Shown: piece after piece, positions 20,656 to 31,263 of the stretch
How positions within the stretch are numbered: the stretch's first letter is position 1
How the letters are laid out: each line of letters opens with the position of its first letter
Assembly: GCA_965217895.1 (NCBI GenBank)
Contig: CBDCJV010000002.1
Span: 2,912,001-2,976,000, forward strand
Reading direction: 5' to 3'
Length of the DNA: 64,000 nt
Origin: Waterburya sp.
GTDB taxonomy: Bacteria; Cyanobacteriota; Cyanobacteriia; Cyanobacteriales; Xenococcaceae
Program-made: the position numbers and the translations under genes
The notes under the pieces: generated by a model
Told to the model about the DNA's origin: nothing
The model's database searches: none
Seen by the model: the letters and a program-made list of their open reading frames with translations, nothing else

Positions 20656-21102
20656 TTAGGCGTTAACTTTGTCGGTTGAAGTTGTTTGTTCTTTACCAAA
20701 GAAACCATAGTAACCTGCGATCGCACCTGACAAGCCATTAAACCAAACGTTGTTACCAAAAATGGGCATAATCCCAAAGACAGTTTTAGTTAAGGGTATC
20801 AAACCCATTGCAAAAATCAAAGCATAGCTAATTGCAAAACCTCGATTATAAAGCTTGGCATTGCCAGTGGTAGCAGCAGCAATACCTAAAATACCAACAG
20901 AAAGATGAACGAGATTATGGATAAAATTGGTAGGAAAGGCACCAAACAGCAAGCTAAATCCTTTGGCATAAATAGTGTCGGCATTCAAAGGAATACCAGA
21001 ATTGAAACTTTCTCCAGGCAGGGTAGTAAAACCAGGAATAAAGCCAGCTATGCCTAACAGAAGAAAAATGATGCCTAAAGCTAATGCACAGTTACGTTGC
21101 AT
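20656..21102 (-). CDS. DUF4383 family membrane protein
   Basis: LGIAGFIPG, LFG.FP.N.IHN.VHL..G, FG..PIFGNNVW. Confidence 0.85.
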   Translation of the reverse strand: MQRNCALALGIIFLLLGIAGFIPGFTTLPGESFNSGIPLNADTIYAKGFSLLFGAFPTNFIHNLVHLSVGILGIAAATTGNAKLYNRGFAISYALIFAMGLIPLTKTVFGIMPIFGNNVWFNGLSGAIAGYYGFFGKEQTTSTDKVNA

Positions 21103-21195
21103 AATTTTGTTACCTCTATTGTATTGATTGTTAATTTATTTGTTGGATGTTGAAAGTTGAGATTAGGACAAATGGTTTTCGCCCTAAAGGTTTAT

Positions 21196-22050
21196 TTACT
21201 GTTTCCCTGTACTGTGAAATCTGGGATCGGGTGCTGGAGGATCGGGCATTTCCGACTCGCCTTGAGGATTTTCCAAGTATTCAAATTCTCCTTTGCCATC
21301 GGGGGCTGGTCCTTTCGCCCAACGTCCTTCTTTACTCTCTGTCCCTTCAGATAAGTTCCAGAATTGATAGGAAGCGTGTTGCTTTTCTTGTTCTTGAGGG
21401 AAAGAACTAGGAATAGGTAAATCTTCCAAACCATCAGCTTTTAATTCTTCAATTGCTGCTATCCATTGATTCTGATGCATGGTATCGCGGGCAATCATAT
21501 AAGCCAGAGTATCTTTTACCCCAGGATCTTTTGCCATTTCATAGATTCTGACTGCCTGTAATCGTCCCTGGGCTTCTGCTTGAACGTTGGAATAAAAATC
21601 AGCCATCAGATTGCCAGAAGCAGCTACATAGCGACCATTCCAAGGATATCCTGTACTATCAGCAGGTAGCGCACCACCACCAGTAACGGTAGCGTGTTGC
21701 GGATTCATGCTTGACATGATGATGTCTTCGGCTTTCATTCCGCCCATAACGCCTTGCATGATTGGATCTTTGACTGCTTCTTCTTTTTGTTCTACTGGTG
21801 CATTATCTAATAGATAAGCCATGGTAGTTGCCAACATCTCAATATGTCCGATTTCCTCGGTGGCAATATCGAGCATCATGTCTTTATATTTAGCAGGTCC
21901 ACGACAGTTCCAGCCTTGGAAGAAATACTGCATCATTACAGTCATTTCTCCAAAAGGACCACCGATTAATTCCTGCATTTTTTTAGCCAGAATCGGATCG
22001 GGATTTTCTGGTTTGGTGAAATACTGTAGCCTTTTTTTGTGATAAAACAT
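21196..22050 (-). CDS. Manganese catalase
   Basis: GGPFGEM, DIATEEIGHIEM, AEAQGRLQ..R.YEM, ARDTMHQNQW Mn-ligand motifs. Confidence 0.95.
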   Translation of the reverse strand: MFYHKKRLQYFTKPENPDPILAKKMQELIGGPFGEMTVMMQYFFQGWNCRGPAKYKDMMLDIATEEIGHIEMLATTMAYLLDNAPVEQKEEAVKDPIMQGVMGGMKAEDIIMSSMNPQHATVTGGGALPADSTGYPWNGRYVAASGNLMADFYSNVQAEAQGRLQAVRIYEMAKDPGVKDTLAYMIARDTMHQNQWIAAIEELKADGLEDLPIPSSFPQEQEKQHASYQFWNLSEGTESKEGRWAKGPAPDGKGEFEYLENPQGESEMPDPPAPDPRFHSTGKQ

Positions 22051-22356
22051 ATAATTTTTTTGAGATTGAAAGATCTTACTCTTGGGCAGGAAATAGTGGT
22101 TGTCCAGACTCCTATCCTCCCAAGTTTGATAAGAAGAACACTTTTTTCAATAATCATTGAACAAATGTTCGACGTTATGTAGTGCTGTTCTCATCAAACT
22201 AAAAAGGTTAGCAACTTTATTTTGATAACGGACTATTAATTAACTGCTTTGGCTAGTCTGATAAAAAGCAAGCAGTGAAAGATTAATAGTTTAGGTGAAA
22301 AAGGCGTTGAAAATTAAACTAACGCCAAACTACTTTAAAAAGACTTATTTAAGCTT

Positions 22357-22590
22357 CTAGTCGTCATCGTCATCGTCATCACCATCATGTCTGCGGTAAC
22401 GGCGTTCATCATCATCATCATCATCGCCATCGCGATAACTACGTTTTTCATCGTCATCATCATCACGTCTACGATACTCTCGATCATCATCGCGATCGCG
22501 GTAACGGCGTTCGTCATCATTATAGCGATCGCCATCAACCTTGCGTTTTAAATCTCGTTGAATCCCGTCAAACATATCTTTGATTCCCAT
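22357..22590 (-). CDS. Small Asp/Arg-rich disordered protein
   Basis: Repeated DDD.ERRYR.RD units; likely ATG start at 22590. Confidence 0.65.
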   Translation of the reverse strand: MGIKDMFDGIQRDLKRKVDGDRYNDDERRYRDRDDDREYRRRDDDDDEKRSYRDGDDDDDDERRYRRHDGDDDDDDD

Positions 22591-23271
22591 TTTTATTCTT
22601 TTTAACAATCAATAGTTTGTTCTTATTTTTAGCTTCGCAAATCGCTCGAATAGATGTGTCGGCTAACAGTTAGATCTACTCTCTGTCTTAGGAAATATAT
22701 TATTCAAAGTTAAAATTGCTTTAGAACTGATTTTTCGGTGAAGAGAAAGCGATAGGCAGTTGTAAAATTTGATTTACTAATATTTTAGTTAAGCAAATTT
22801 GCTTTAAATTCAGTCCTAACTGTAGTTAGATAAAAATTAATTTAAAATCTGTTTGCCTAAGCTATCTGAATCGTAGAAATTAACCTAAAAAAATAACGTC
22901 TGAAAAGCGTCTTGAATTGAACCTATACTTACTGAGTATATTTTTCTGTTACTAAAGTCTTAACTAGAATCAGGAAAAAGAGGCGATCGCAATATCACTC
23001 AATTTATAACACTTTGACTTGCTTTTGATCGAGCGATCGCCATGTTCTCGTTTAACTACTTCACACAATAAAATTCTTCAGCGCAGTTTGCAGAGAATTT
23101 AGATTTGCTAATTAACTTATACGTCTTATAGCTCGCTTTTCTTACCATATTCATTGCTTATCGCACTTTAACTCAGAAAAGCGATTTGTAAGTAGCGATT
23201 TTTGAAATATCTCTTATAATCTCAGGTAATACTTTTTTAAAAAATTAGTTATTCTTTACTTATTTACTTAT

Positions 23272-23739
23272 TTAGTTTTCACATTGGGCTTTAGTTATCT
23301 CATGGCGATAGCGAAACATATCTTGAAGACGAGCATTTACCCACCAACCCAAAATAAACTCTGCTAACCAGCCTCCAGGTATTTCATAGGCGATCGCATC
23401 TGTTAACTTAGTTTTACCGTTTTTGGCAACAAATTCATGACGATGTACCCATGACTCCATTAGACCTTTTGTTTGTTTATCCACAAAGAGGGAATGTGGC
23501 TGACATTCAGTATGAGTAGCAATCCAAGGTATAGGAATTCCTGCTAAAGATAAGCGAAACTCACTAATTGCCCCAACTTCTAAGCCTCCTACACGGCGAA
23601 CTATAGTCACAGGTTGCCAAGGAGGAGTTAAAAGATTTAAGATATCTGGTCGTTCGTGAAACTGCCAAACTGTTTCTACAGGAGCGTTAATTAAGCTGGA
23701 ATATTGAAAATTTTGCACAGCGAATTGCTTACCACTCAC
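23272..23739 (-). CDS. SRPBCC family protein
   Basis: INAPVE.VW.FH..P..L..LTPPW, F.D.Q..G....W.HRHEF, MFRYRH. Confidence 0.9.
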   Translation of the reverse strand: MSGKQFAVQNFQYSSLINAPVETVWQFHERPDILNLLTPPWQPVTIVRRVGGLEVGAISEFRLSLAGIPIPWIATHTECQPHSLFVDKQTKGLMESWVHRHEFVAKNGKTKLTDAIAYEIPGGWLAEFILGWWVNARLQDMFRYRHEITKAQCEN

Positions 23740-25469
23740 AAAGATAAATAAGACCTAGCTGAAAGTATCGAGGTAATGGTTAAAAGAATTCCTAAAAGGA
23801 TGATTGTCCATGTTTTGTATGTACTAGAAGCACCTTTTTTGGCTGCTAAAGATGTTTGTTCTTCTAATTGCGATCGCAAATTCTCAATCAAACTATTTTG
23901 TTCATTTCCTTTAAGATCTAATAAAGCGTAGCTTTCCTTTTCTGATCCAAGCTGCTGATTTAGCTGTTCTATCAAAGCTAAATGTTCATTCATCTCACTC
24001 GCTAACTGACTGCTTTTAGCTGTTTCTTGGCTTAAATTAGCAATTTGCTTTTCTTTAGTAGCTTTTTCTTGTTCTAACAACTCTTGAATTTGACTCAGGC
24101 TTTCTTCCCTAGAAGATATTTGCTGATTCAATTCTGCTACTTGTTGCTTTTGTTCAGCCAGCTTTTGTTCAAGATCCTGATTTGCTTTATTTGCTGCTTC
24201 TATTTGCGCTTTTTGCTGTTTGACCTGTTCTTGCTTACTAGTTATTTGTTTTTGATTAGTTTGACTCTCTGCACTCAGGCGATCTATTTCTTGTTGTAGC
24301 TGTTGCTGAATATGATCGCGATCGCTTTTGGCATTATCAGCTTCATTTTGCTTTTCACTTAACTGCTGCTGTAGTTGAGTAATTGCTTCGTCTTTTTCTG
24401 TTACCTGTTGCTGGATGTTATCGCGATCGCTCTTAACACTATCAGCTTCACTTTGCTTGTCTGCTAATTGCTGCTGTAGTTGAGTAATCGCTTCTTCTTT
24501 TTCTGTTACCTGTTGCTGGATGTTATCAGCTTCACTTTCTTTTTCTGCTAACTGCTGTTGTAACTGAGTAATTGCTTCGTCTTTTTCTGTTACCTGCTTT
24601 TGGATATTATCGTGATCGCTTTTGGCATTATCAGCTTCATTTTGCTTTTCTGCTAGCTGCTGCTGTAGTTGAGTTATCGCTTCTTCTTTTTCTGTTACCT
24701 GCTTTTGGATATTATCGCGATCGCTTTTGGCATTATCAGCTTCATTTTGCTTTTCTGCTAGCTGCTGCTGTAGTTGAGTTATCGCTTCTTCTTTTTCTGT
24801 TATCTGCTTTTGCAAGTTAGCATTATTATCTTGCTGTGCGGATAATTGCTGCTCTAACTCTTTAAGACTAGCTTCACTAACTTCTTTGGCAGTTTGACTA
24901 TCAGCTTCTTGTTGTGCTAATTGTTGCTTTAACTGTTCAATTTCTTCAATTCGCTGCTGGTCTAGATTACTATCGGCTTCACTTTTTTTTGACTCAGTAT
25001 TTCCTTGTTCTGCAATTTGCTCCTGTAGTTTTTCAATCAAAGCTTCTTGATCTTGGGAGCGTTTTTTTAAAGCTTGAAAACTAGCTTTATGCTCATTAAT
25101 TTTTTCTTTTAATTCTGTCAATACCGTAGACTCATCTGCATCTTTTTCCTTTACAGAAGAATTAGCATTTGGTATATTTTCAGTGCTTATACTGCCTTCT
25201 ACCACTTCTATCTTAGTTGATGAAGCTTCTGAAGTTTCATCACCGTTTGATTCAATAGAAATAGTTTGTTCTGCTATTTGACTTGCGATCGCCAAGTTTC
25301 CTGTAACCAAGCTTTCTACAACTTTTGACTTAGATAAACCTGTCTCCAAAACAATTTTATTTAAATTTTCAACAGCCTGAGAAGTCAAAGAAATTCCCAC
25401 CTGAGATTTTTCTATAAAACTAGTTTTTTTTGGTGTTCTACCACCAGATTTAGTTTTTTTACGTGGCAT
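23736..25469 (-). CDS. Long coiled-coil protein with N-terminal RHH-like segment and C-terminal TM anchor
   Basis: ISLT..A...L.....TGLSKS.VVE.L; Q/E/K heptads with five 35/28-aa tandem repeats; hydrophobic C-terminus; overlaps the SRPBCC start. Confidence 0.8.
   Translation of the reverse strand: MPRKKTKSGGRTPKKTSFIEKSQVGISLTSQAVENLNKIVLETGLSKSKVVESLVTGNLAIASQIAEQTISIESNGDETSEASSTKIEVVEGSISTENIPNANSSVKEKDADESTVLTELKEKINEHKASFQALKKRSQDQEALIEKLQEQIAEQGNTESKKSEADSNLDQQRIEEIEQLKQQLAQQEADSQTAKEVSEASLKELEQQLSAQQDNNANLQKQITEKEEAITQLQQQLAEKQNEADNAKSDRDNIQKQVTEKEEAITQLQQQLAEKQNEADNAKSDHDNIQKQVTEKDEAITQLQQQLAEKESEADNIQQQVTEKEEAITQLQQQLADKQSEADSVKSDRDNIQQQVTEKDEAITQLQQQLSEKQNEADNAKSDRDHIQQQLQQEIDRLSAESQTNQKQITSKQEQVKQQKAQIEAANKANQDLEQKLAEQKQQVAELNQQISSREESLSQIQELLEQEKATKEKQIANLSQETAKSSQLASEMNEHLALIEQLNQQLGSEKESYALLDLKGNEQNSLIENLRSQLEEQTSLAAKKGASSTYKTWTIILLGILLTITSILSARSYLSL
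24290..24810. repeat. Intragenic tandem repeat, 105-bp units with one 84-bp unit
   Basis: Near-identical units encoding Q.QVTEK.EAITQLQQQLAEKQNEADNAKSDRDNI. Confidence 0.9.
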
Positions 25470-26021
25470 ACTATTTTTTATCTCCGATGTTTAGTTAAAG
25501 CTTTTTTGATTATGTATGTCCTAAACAAATTTTATTTTAATTATCATTCTAGATAAATCTATTATTTCTAAGATTTAATAACAATTTACGTAATGCTTGC
25601 TACCGTTTTATTAATTATTGATTGCTGATAAATTACCTTTTAGGTTTAATATCAAAACTTTGAACTTTGCTTTTTAACTATTATCTTTAATTACATCAAT
25701 GTTAGGTTTATACCTAATGTTTTACTTAGTATAACGATAATTTATTGTATTACGTATAAATGTGATAGACATTTTTTTAACTACTGCCTATTACCTATTA
25801 CCTACTACCTTCGAGTTAATCAGCCTCATTGTCTTAGTCCGATTTTGTACGGCTGTATTCAAGGTTTGTAGTTAGTATTGTAGAACAAAATCAATCTATT
25901 TTTTTGTTCTAGAGTATTAACTTTGCTCATTAATAATCGAGAGCAAGTTGCCAAATGCTAATCTTGCCCTCTAAATTTCAATCTATAAAATCAAACTAAC
26001 CTAAGCTACGGGCAAAGTGAG

Positions 26022-27092
26022 TTAAAAGAAGACACGGCTACGCCATTTATTCAAACGAGCTTCGCCAATATTAGCCAGGCGTTGAGCATCTGCTATTTTC
26101 TGCTCCAAATCAGCAATAGTCTGCTGGCTTTTAGTTTTCTTGGTTGATGCTTGTCGATCAGAAGTACTAGCTTCAATACTCCCTCCAGACATTCCTGTAG
26201 ATTGCCATTTGTTAGTCTCTGATGCGCCGATACTAGCAAAAGAGCTTAAACTTGCTAGTTTCTGCCGTAGCTGTTCTATTTTTTGCTCCTGTTGTTCAGA
26301 TTGTTTATCTTGACTAGAATAAGACTTAGAAACAGCAGAATTTGAATTAAGTTGATCGCTATTTTCAACTGAAACTGGTGCTTTCGCTTTTTTAGGACTT
26401 AAGGCGTTTGCCAGCAATTTATTAATATCAGTAACTCCTCCATAGCTATTAACATTGGAAGGGGGAATAATAGCACTAGGAGTATTATTAATCAAAGAAC
26501 TAGTCAAGCGAGGTTCGTCTTTGGTAGTTAGTTTCTTATCACTACAAGAAGCACCTCGCAGTAATTTAAATAGATGGGTAAAACCAACTATATTTTTGCC
26601 TGTTTGAGTCTTATAACCACAATAGTAAGGAACAATATTTTCGCCAAATTTATTTTGATACTCCTCACTATCAATGTAAGAATTAATTTCTGCCTCATAA
26701 CCTCCTTTGTCTAAAATTTGACTATGAGCATTGGTTTCAGCATAGCTATCAGGAGCGCGTCCTAATAAATGTTTAAAGTTAAGCTCAATACTACGATAAC
26801 GAGGACAGTTTTCAAAAAACCGAGACTTGTATAACTCTGATTGGGCAACCTGACGTACAAACTCGCGAACAGTAATACTACCTTCTTTGAGTTTTGATTC
26901 GGGTACGGTAAGCTTTTCACTTTCCATTACATAAGCATTACCCAAAACTTGACGGTAAATAGCACGAATTACTATTTCTACCGATTCTGCTGAATCATTA
27001 ATGCGCAATTCAGCAGGTTTTGTATCTTCATAGGAGCTAACTCCAAGTTCGGCTGCTCGACTGATTACTGGACTAATAAAAGTGCTGACCAT
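26022..27092 (-). CDS. Phycobilisome linker polypeptide with atypical duplicated C-terminal coiled coil
   Basis: PBS linker domain (IRAIYRQVLGN, ELNFKHLLGRAP, IDS.EY..FGE..VPY); ATG 27092 behind GGAGA. Confidence 0.88.
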   Translation of the reverse strand: MVSTFISPVISRAAELGVSSYEDTKPAELRINDSAESVEIVIRAIYRQVLGNAYVMESEKLTVPESKLKEGSITVREFVRQVAQSELYKSRFFENCPRYRSIELNFKHLLGRAPDSYAETNAHSQILDKGGYEAEINSYIDSEEYQNKFGENIVPYYCGYKTQTGKNIVGFTHLFKLLRGASCSDKKLTTKDEPRLTSSLINNTPSAIIPPSNVNSYGGVTDINKLLANALSPKKAKAPVSVENSDQLNSNSAVSKSYSSQDKQSEQQEQKIEQLRQKLASLSSFASIGASETNKWQSTGMSGGSIEASTSDRQASTKKTKSQQTIADLEQKIADAQRLANIGEARLNKWRSRVFF

Positions 27093-27125
27093 GATCTTAA
27101 ATTTCTCCAAATTGTGTATTTGTTA

Positions 27126-27464
27126 TTAGCAAGAACGCTCATCAAACCTGGTATAAAAACCACCATATTTAATCCAGTACTGTTTTAATTCATGGTGGGG
27201 AGTATGTAAACTAGCTTTAGCCTGGTACAAAATCACCTGACGATGATTTCCAATCCAAACTTTACGCACAGGTTCGACAGAGATAAATGTTCCTCCTAAC
27301 CCTTTGACACATTCTTCAAATCTTTCAACTGTGGAATATTCCAGAGTTTCAAAAATAAAAAAGTTGCCTGAACAAATCAGATGACGGCTTCTGATCCAGG
27401 CTTGCATTTTTTTGCTAGCTACTGGTGGCAACATACTTCTAGCTGTTAGCTCCGATATAATCAT
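27126..27464 (-). CDS. cpeR: CpeR regulator of phycoerythrin genes
   Basis: MLPP...KKMQ.WIRSRHLICSGNFF.FET; follows cpeT; the start may be 27434. Confidence 0.92.
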   Translation of the reverse strand: MIISELTARSMLPPVASKKMQAWIRSRHLICSGNFFIFETLEYSTVERFEECVKGLGGTFISVEPVRKVWIGNHRQVILYQAKASLHTPHHELKQYWIKYGGFYTRFDERSC

Positions 27465-27541
27465 CTCTTCTTTTTATTTAATGTGGCTGTTTATAATGAT
27501 TTGGTTATTTAAAAAACAATTAGGCTTTGACGGATGGATAA

Positions 27542-28156
27542 CTATGGCAATTCCGCAGCAAAACTGGCTCTTTTCTTAAACTTTAAAGAGCCGATGGCTG
27601 AACCCCAAACTTGCTTGTGGGTATTTAAATCCATGCCTCGATCCCAGCTAACCCAGGTAGTTTCAGTTAGTTCAACATCACTAACTAAATAGGTATCTAC
27701 GCCTTGGCGATGAATAAAACATTTGTTTCCAGGTTCAACGCTGCCACGAAATAAATCTCCCTCTTTTTTAAACACCATTGAACAGTTGTAACGTCGTTCA
27801 ATACCATCTGGGGGAATTGTCAGAAGAATATCACGATTGTGACCAGAACCTGCATAGTTCTCTGCTTCCTTGAGGCTGTAATTTTCGATATAAATATGGT
27901 CGCCCTTGTCTACTAAGCGGTGAATTCCTTGACGATAAGGACTCCAAAGATCGTAATCGTAAACTTGTTCAGAATAAAAGCCTATCCCTGAAAAAAATTC
28001 CCAAGGCAATGGGCGAAAAAAAATCCGAATATGAGCATAGTTTTTAGGATCGGCATCAGACTGTTGACGATTGCAAAAATCTCCTGCCATCAGGCAAGCT
28101 AGCTCATGCAGCAGACCATTATCTTGCTCGGTAGAATTGTTATCTTTAGTCAACAT
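27542..28156 (-). CDS. cpeT: CpcT/CpeT chromophore lyase
   Basis: MAGDFCN..Q...P..YAHIRIFFRPL, YSEQ.YDY..W.PYRQ, DRG.D....QVWGS; cpe operon context. Confidence 0.92.
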   Translation of the reverse strand: MLTKDNNSTEQDNGLLHELACLMAGDFCNRQQSDADPKNYAHIRIFFRPLPWEFFSGIGFYSEQVYDYDLWSPYRQGIHRLVDKGDHIYIENYSLKEAENYAGSGHNRDILLTIPPDGIERRYNCSMVFKKEGDLFRGSVEPGNKCFIHRQGVDTYLVSDVELTETTWVSWDRGMDLNTHKQVWGSAIGSLKFKKRASFAAELP

Positions 28157-28210
28157 TGTCTTTTATATATAAGTTCAAACAAAAAATTAAAAAGAGATTA
28201 AAAAATTAGA

Positions 28211-28337
28211 GCGTTGCTGAATTTAAACATGAAAGATAAAATTTTTCATCAATGGGGATATTTTAAAAAGCTAATAGCTGAGAGCTAATAGCTACGAACA
28301 GTAATACTATCAGGTTCATACCTGGATTCAGCAACGC
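28211..28337. mobile_element. MITE-like element with terminal inverted repeats
   Basis: GCGTTGCTGAAT...ATTCAGCAACGC ends; related copy at 60929-61110. Confidence 0.7.
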
Positions 28338-28342
28338 TAAAA

Positions 28343-28879
28343 TTAGTTATCTAAATTTAAAGAACGAATCTCAGAAGAGAAAGAAGCGGTAGTGACTCCT
28401 TTACCATCACCTGTCTTAATTAGAGACACTCGAAGTCTTAAATTGGGCGTAGCAAACCAGATTTTTTCTTCTGCTGCTGCTCTTTCATATTTGGTAGTCA
28501 AAATAAACGAACCGTCTTCTACAAGCTGATAATAACCGATCGCTGGCACGGTTTCAGCATAGCCCTGTTCTCTCAATAATTTTCCCAGGGTAGGGTTTTC
28601 TAAGTCGGGAACAGGCACTAGCACCGTTGAACCTGACAGCACCTCATCTTCATCCCAGTCAGATTGTCCTGACCAACTCATATAAAAAGGACTAGTAACT
28701 AGATGAGCATCGACTTGATTAGTTTTGCAAAGTTCAATAACTCTCTTGTCATTATGAGCCAAAGATTTAATCTCAATCTCAGAAGTTACTTCTTCAAAAT
28801 GGCGAAAAGCTAAATGGTGCGCGCTACGTTGCGATCGCCATTTTCCTAAAGAACGTTCTACAAATTCGTCGATATTCAT
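28343..28879 (-). CDS. cpeS: Phycobiliprotein lyase CpeS
   Basis: G.WRSQRSAHHLAF, LLR.QGYAE, AAEEKIWFATPNLR.R.S; position in the cpeCDESTR operon. Confidence 0.9.
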   Translation of the reverse strand: MNIDEFVERSLGKWRSQRSAHHLAFRHFEEVTSEIEIKSLAHNDKRVIELCKTNQVDAHLVTSPFYMSWSGQSDWDEDEVLSGSTVLVPVPDLENPTLGKLLREQGYAETVPAIGYYQLVEDGSFILTTKYERAAAEEKIWFATPNLRLRVSLIKTGDGKGVTTASFSSEIRSLNLDN

Positions 28880-29089
28880 AGATTTTAAATATAAAGAAAT
28901 TGTCTGCGCGAGTATTAAATCTGTTTTTAGTTTTTGATCCCTGCGGGAAAGGTGTACTCACCGCATCTATTACCCCTTGGCTAGTTTTTAGCTATTCGTA
29001 GCTAAGCCGAAAAGAAGTTTTTTTATCCTAGCAGCACATTAATTATGGCTGCTAGAAAGTAACAAGCGTAACGATAATTGGTTTGGGTA

Positions 29090-29386
29090 CTATTTATTTT
29101 TATTGCGATTTTTCCTACCGCCAGAACGCTTTTCAGGCTCAGACTCAGGAGCTTGTGCTTCGCTATGTGCAGGTGCAGCAGTTTCTCCCAAAGAAACATT
29201 AGCTACTTTGCCCCCCATACGACTGATGTTTTGGATGGTTTGAGACATCCGACTATAGGGAACTTTAATGGTGTAATTACTGTTACGCATTACGTCTTGG
29301 TGACACATCCCCGTAACCTCGATGGCAATGGTACGATTACCATATCCACTTATATTAGTATCTCCAGTAGTAATCATTCCTGACAT
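29090..29386 (-). CDS. Stand-alone CpcD-like rod-capping linker domain protein
   Basis: IEVTG....RNSNY..KVPY.RM.Q..Q.I.R.GGKV..V motif with a basic tail. Confidence 0.85.
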   Translation of the reverse strand: MSGMITTGDTNISGYGNRTIAIEVTGMCHQDVMRNSNYTIKVPYSRMSQTIQNISRMGGKVANVSLGETAAPAHSEAQAPESEPEKRSGGRKNRNKNK

Positions 29387-29578
29387 AATCTTAGATTCCT
29401 CCGATTTATTTTCTGTCTCATATACTGAGGGAATTTGTTTACCCTCAGTATTTTTTCACTTTAAAAGTGAAGGAGTTATGCCATAGCTAAAAGCTGATAG
29501 TAAGGCAGTGCGGTCTTGGGGGTTTCCCCCCATGAGCAACTGCCGAACCCGAAGGGCTAAAAGCTAATAGCTTTGTTA

Positions 29579-30343
29579 TTAAACTTCCGTAATACTCAGA
29601 ATTTTGGCACCAGTACGATGCAAGTTCTTAATTTTGGCGTTTAGCTGTGCATAGTCAACATTGTAAGTTTGATTGCTAAAACGATTTATAGAACCAACAC
29701 TTGCCTTGGTTGCCTTGATGCGGAAACGCTTATTATTAGTGCCAGGAGTTCCTCCAGAGCTTCTCTTGGGAAAGACAACGGGAGTAGGTTTGTTAGCTGC
29801 TAAATCAGAAATTAGCGTCGCTTTATTGGTAATGTTGTCGCTACTAGCATAGCCATTGTATAAAGCATAGGTACGGTTAAAACCTACATTTAGCAAAGTG
29901 CGCTGGTTGCTTTCTGTACGAGGACAAGGAATAATATTTTCGCCATAAGCATTGTTGTACTCTTCGCTATCGATGTAAGAATCGATTTCAGCTTCATAAC
30001 CAAGGTTGTTATAAATCTGCACGTGCTTAGATATTTCCGCCTGATCTAAAGGCGCACGTCCTAAGAAATGCTTGCAGTTCATTTCAATAAAGCGATACTG
30101 AGAACAGTTTTCAAAGAAAAAAGAACGGTACAGTTCTGATTGTCCGATCGCTCTAACGAAACCACGTATGGTAAGATCTCCATTTCTCAGCAGAGATTCA
30201 GCCGTCTCTAAACGCTCTCCTTCTAGTAGATAGGCGTTGCCCAAAACTTGTTTGTAAGCTTGGCGAATGATGATATTAAAATCTTGGTCTGGATCTCGTT
30301 CCCGCAGTTCAACTGGACGTAAATCAGTTATCCAAAATGACAT
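29579..30343 (-). CDS. cpeE: Phycoerythrin-associated linker
   Basis: PBS linker domain plus C-terminal CpcD domain; third linker in the operon. Confidence 0.85.
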   Translation of the reverse strand: MSFWITDLRPVELRERDPDQDFNIIIRQAYKQVLGNAYLLEGERLETAESLLRNGDLTIRGFVRAIGQSELYRSFFFENCSQYRFIEMNCKHFLGRAPLDQAEISKHVQIYNNLGYEAEIDSYIDSEEYNNAYGENIIPCPRTESNQRTLLNVGFNRTYALYNGYASSDNITNKATLISDLAANKPTPVVFPKRSSGGTPGTNNKRFRIKATKASVGSINRFSNQTYNVDYAQLNAKIKNLHRTGAKILSITEV

Positions 30344-30386
30344 AATAAGTTTCTCCTAAATTGAGTTATTTGTTAGTTAATAATTA

Positions 30387-31151
30387 CTAAATTTCGGTGA
30401 TGCTGACGATTTTTGCGCCAGTACGGTGAATGCGCTGGATCTGAGGTGTCATGCGATCGCCTGGGACGATATACTCTGTGTTGCTCACGCGACGAGGACT
30501 ATCGAATTTAGCACCTGTCACCACGATTTTGAACCGCTTGGCAGTAGCATCTGGACTAGGGGAAATTCGTCCACCGACAGAAGGCGTTTTAGCACTAACG
30601 GCACTATTGGTAGCAACACTGTTGACTAAACGAGAATTTTTATTAGCACTATCTACCCCAGCAATACCCTGAAGTAAGGTTAAAGTGCGATTATAGTTAA
30701 CCTGCTTTTGACCTACTTGGCTTTTTGCTCCTACATAATAAGGAACAATGTTTTCCCCAAACTTCTCTGAATATTCAACGCTATCGATATAAGAATCTAT
30801 TTCTGCGTCATAGCCTTCATTTACACAACGTTGAATATGTTCGGATAGTTCAGCCTGATCGGCGGGCGCGCGTCCCAAAAGATGTTTAAAGTTAAGCTCG
30901 ACAAAACGATATGGCGCACAGCTTTCAAAGTAGCGAGTGCGATAAAAATTTGATTTGGCTACAGCACGGACAAATTCTCTGAGGCTAATGTTGTCATCGC
31001 CAAACTGAGATTCTGCACTAACTAAACGCTCACTCTCCATGACGTGAGGATTGCCCAAAACTTGCTTATATACGTTGCGAATAGCGATCGCTTTGTCATC
31101 AGCAGTGCTATTAGCGCGAATTTCGACTGGTGAATCTAATACAGCGGTCAT
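30387..31151 (-). CDS. cpeD: Phycoerythrin-associated linker
   Basis: VYKQVLGNPHVMESERL, FESCAPYRFVELNFKH; second linker in the operon. Confidence 0.85.
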   Translation of the reverse strand: MTAVLDSPVEIRANSTADDKAIAIRNVYKQVLGNPHVMESERLVSAESQFGDDNISLREFVRAVAKSNFYRTRYFESCAPYRFVELNFKHLLGRAPADQAELSEHIQRCVNEGYDAEIDSYIDSVEYSEKFGENIVPYYVGAKSQVGQKQVNYNRTLTLLQGIAGVDSANKNSRLVNSVATNSAVSAKTPSVGGRISPSPDATAKRFKIVVTGAKFDSPRRVSNTEYIVPGDRMTPQIQRIHRTGAKIVSITEI

Positions 31152-31263
31152 GTCTTATTTCTCCTAAAATAAATATTCTTTTGTTAATTTAAGAATTGCT
31201 AATTGAGAACAGGAAAGTCCGACACTTTTCTGTTCCCTAATTTGGCTTTTGTACCAGTTTTTC

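Noticed and set aside
24290..24810. Regularly spaced repeats as a possible CRISPR array
   Set aside because: Whole units are repeated, in-frame inside a CDS, with no unique spacers and no cas genes
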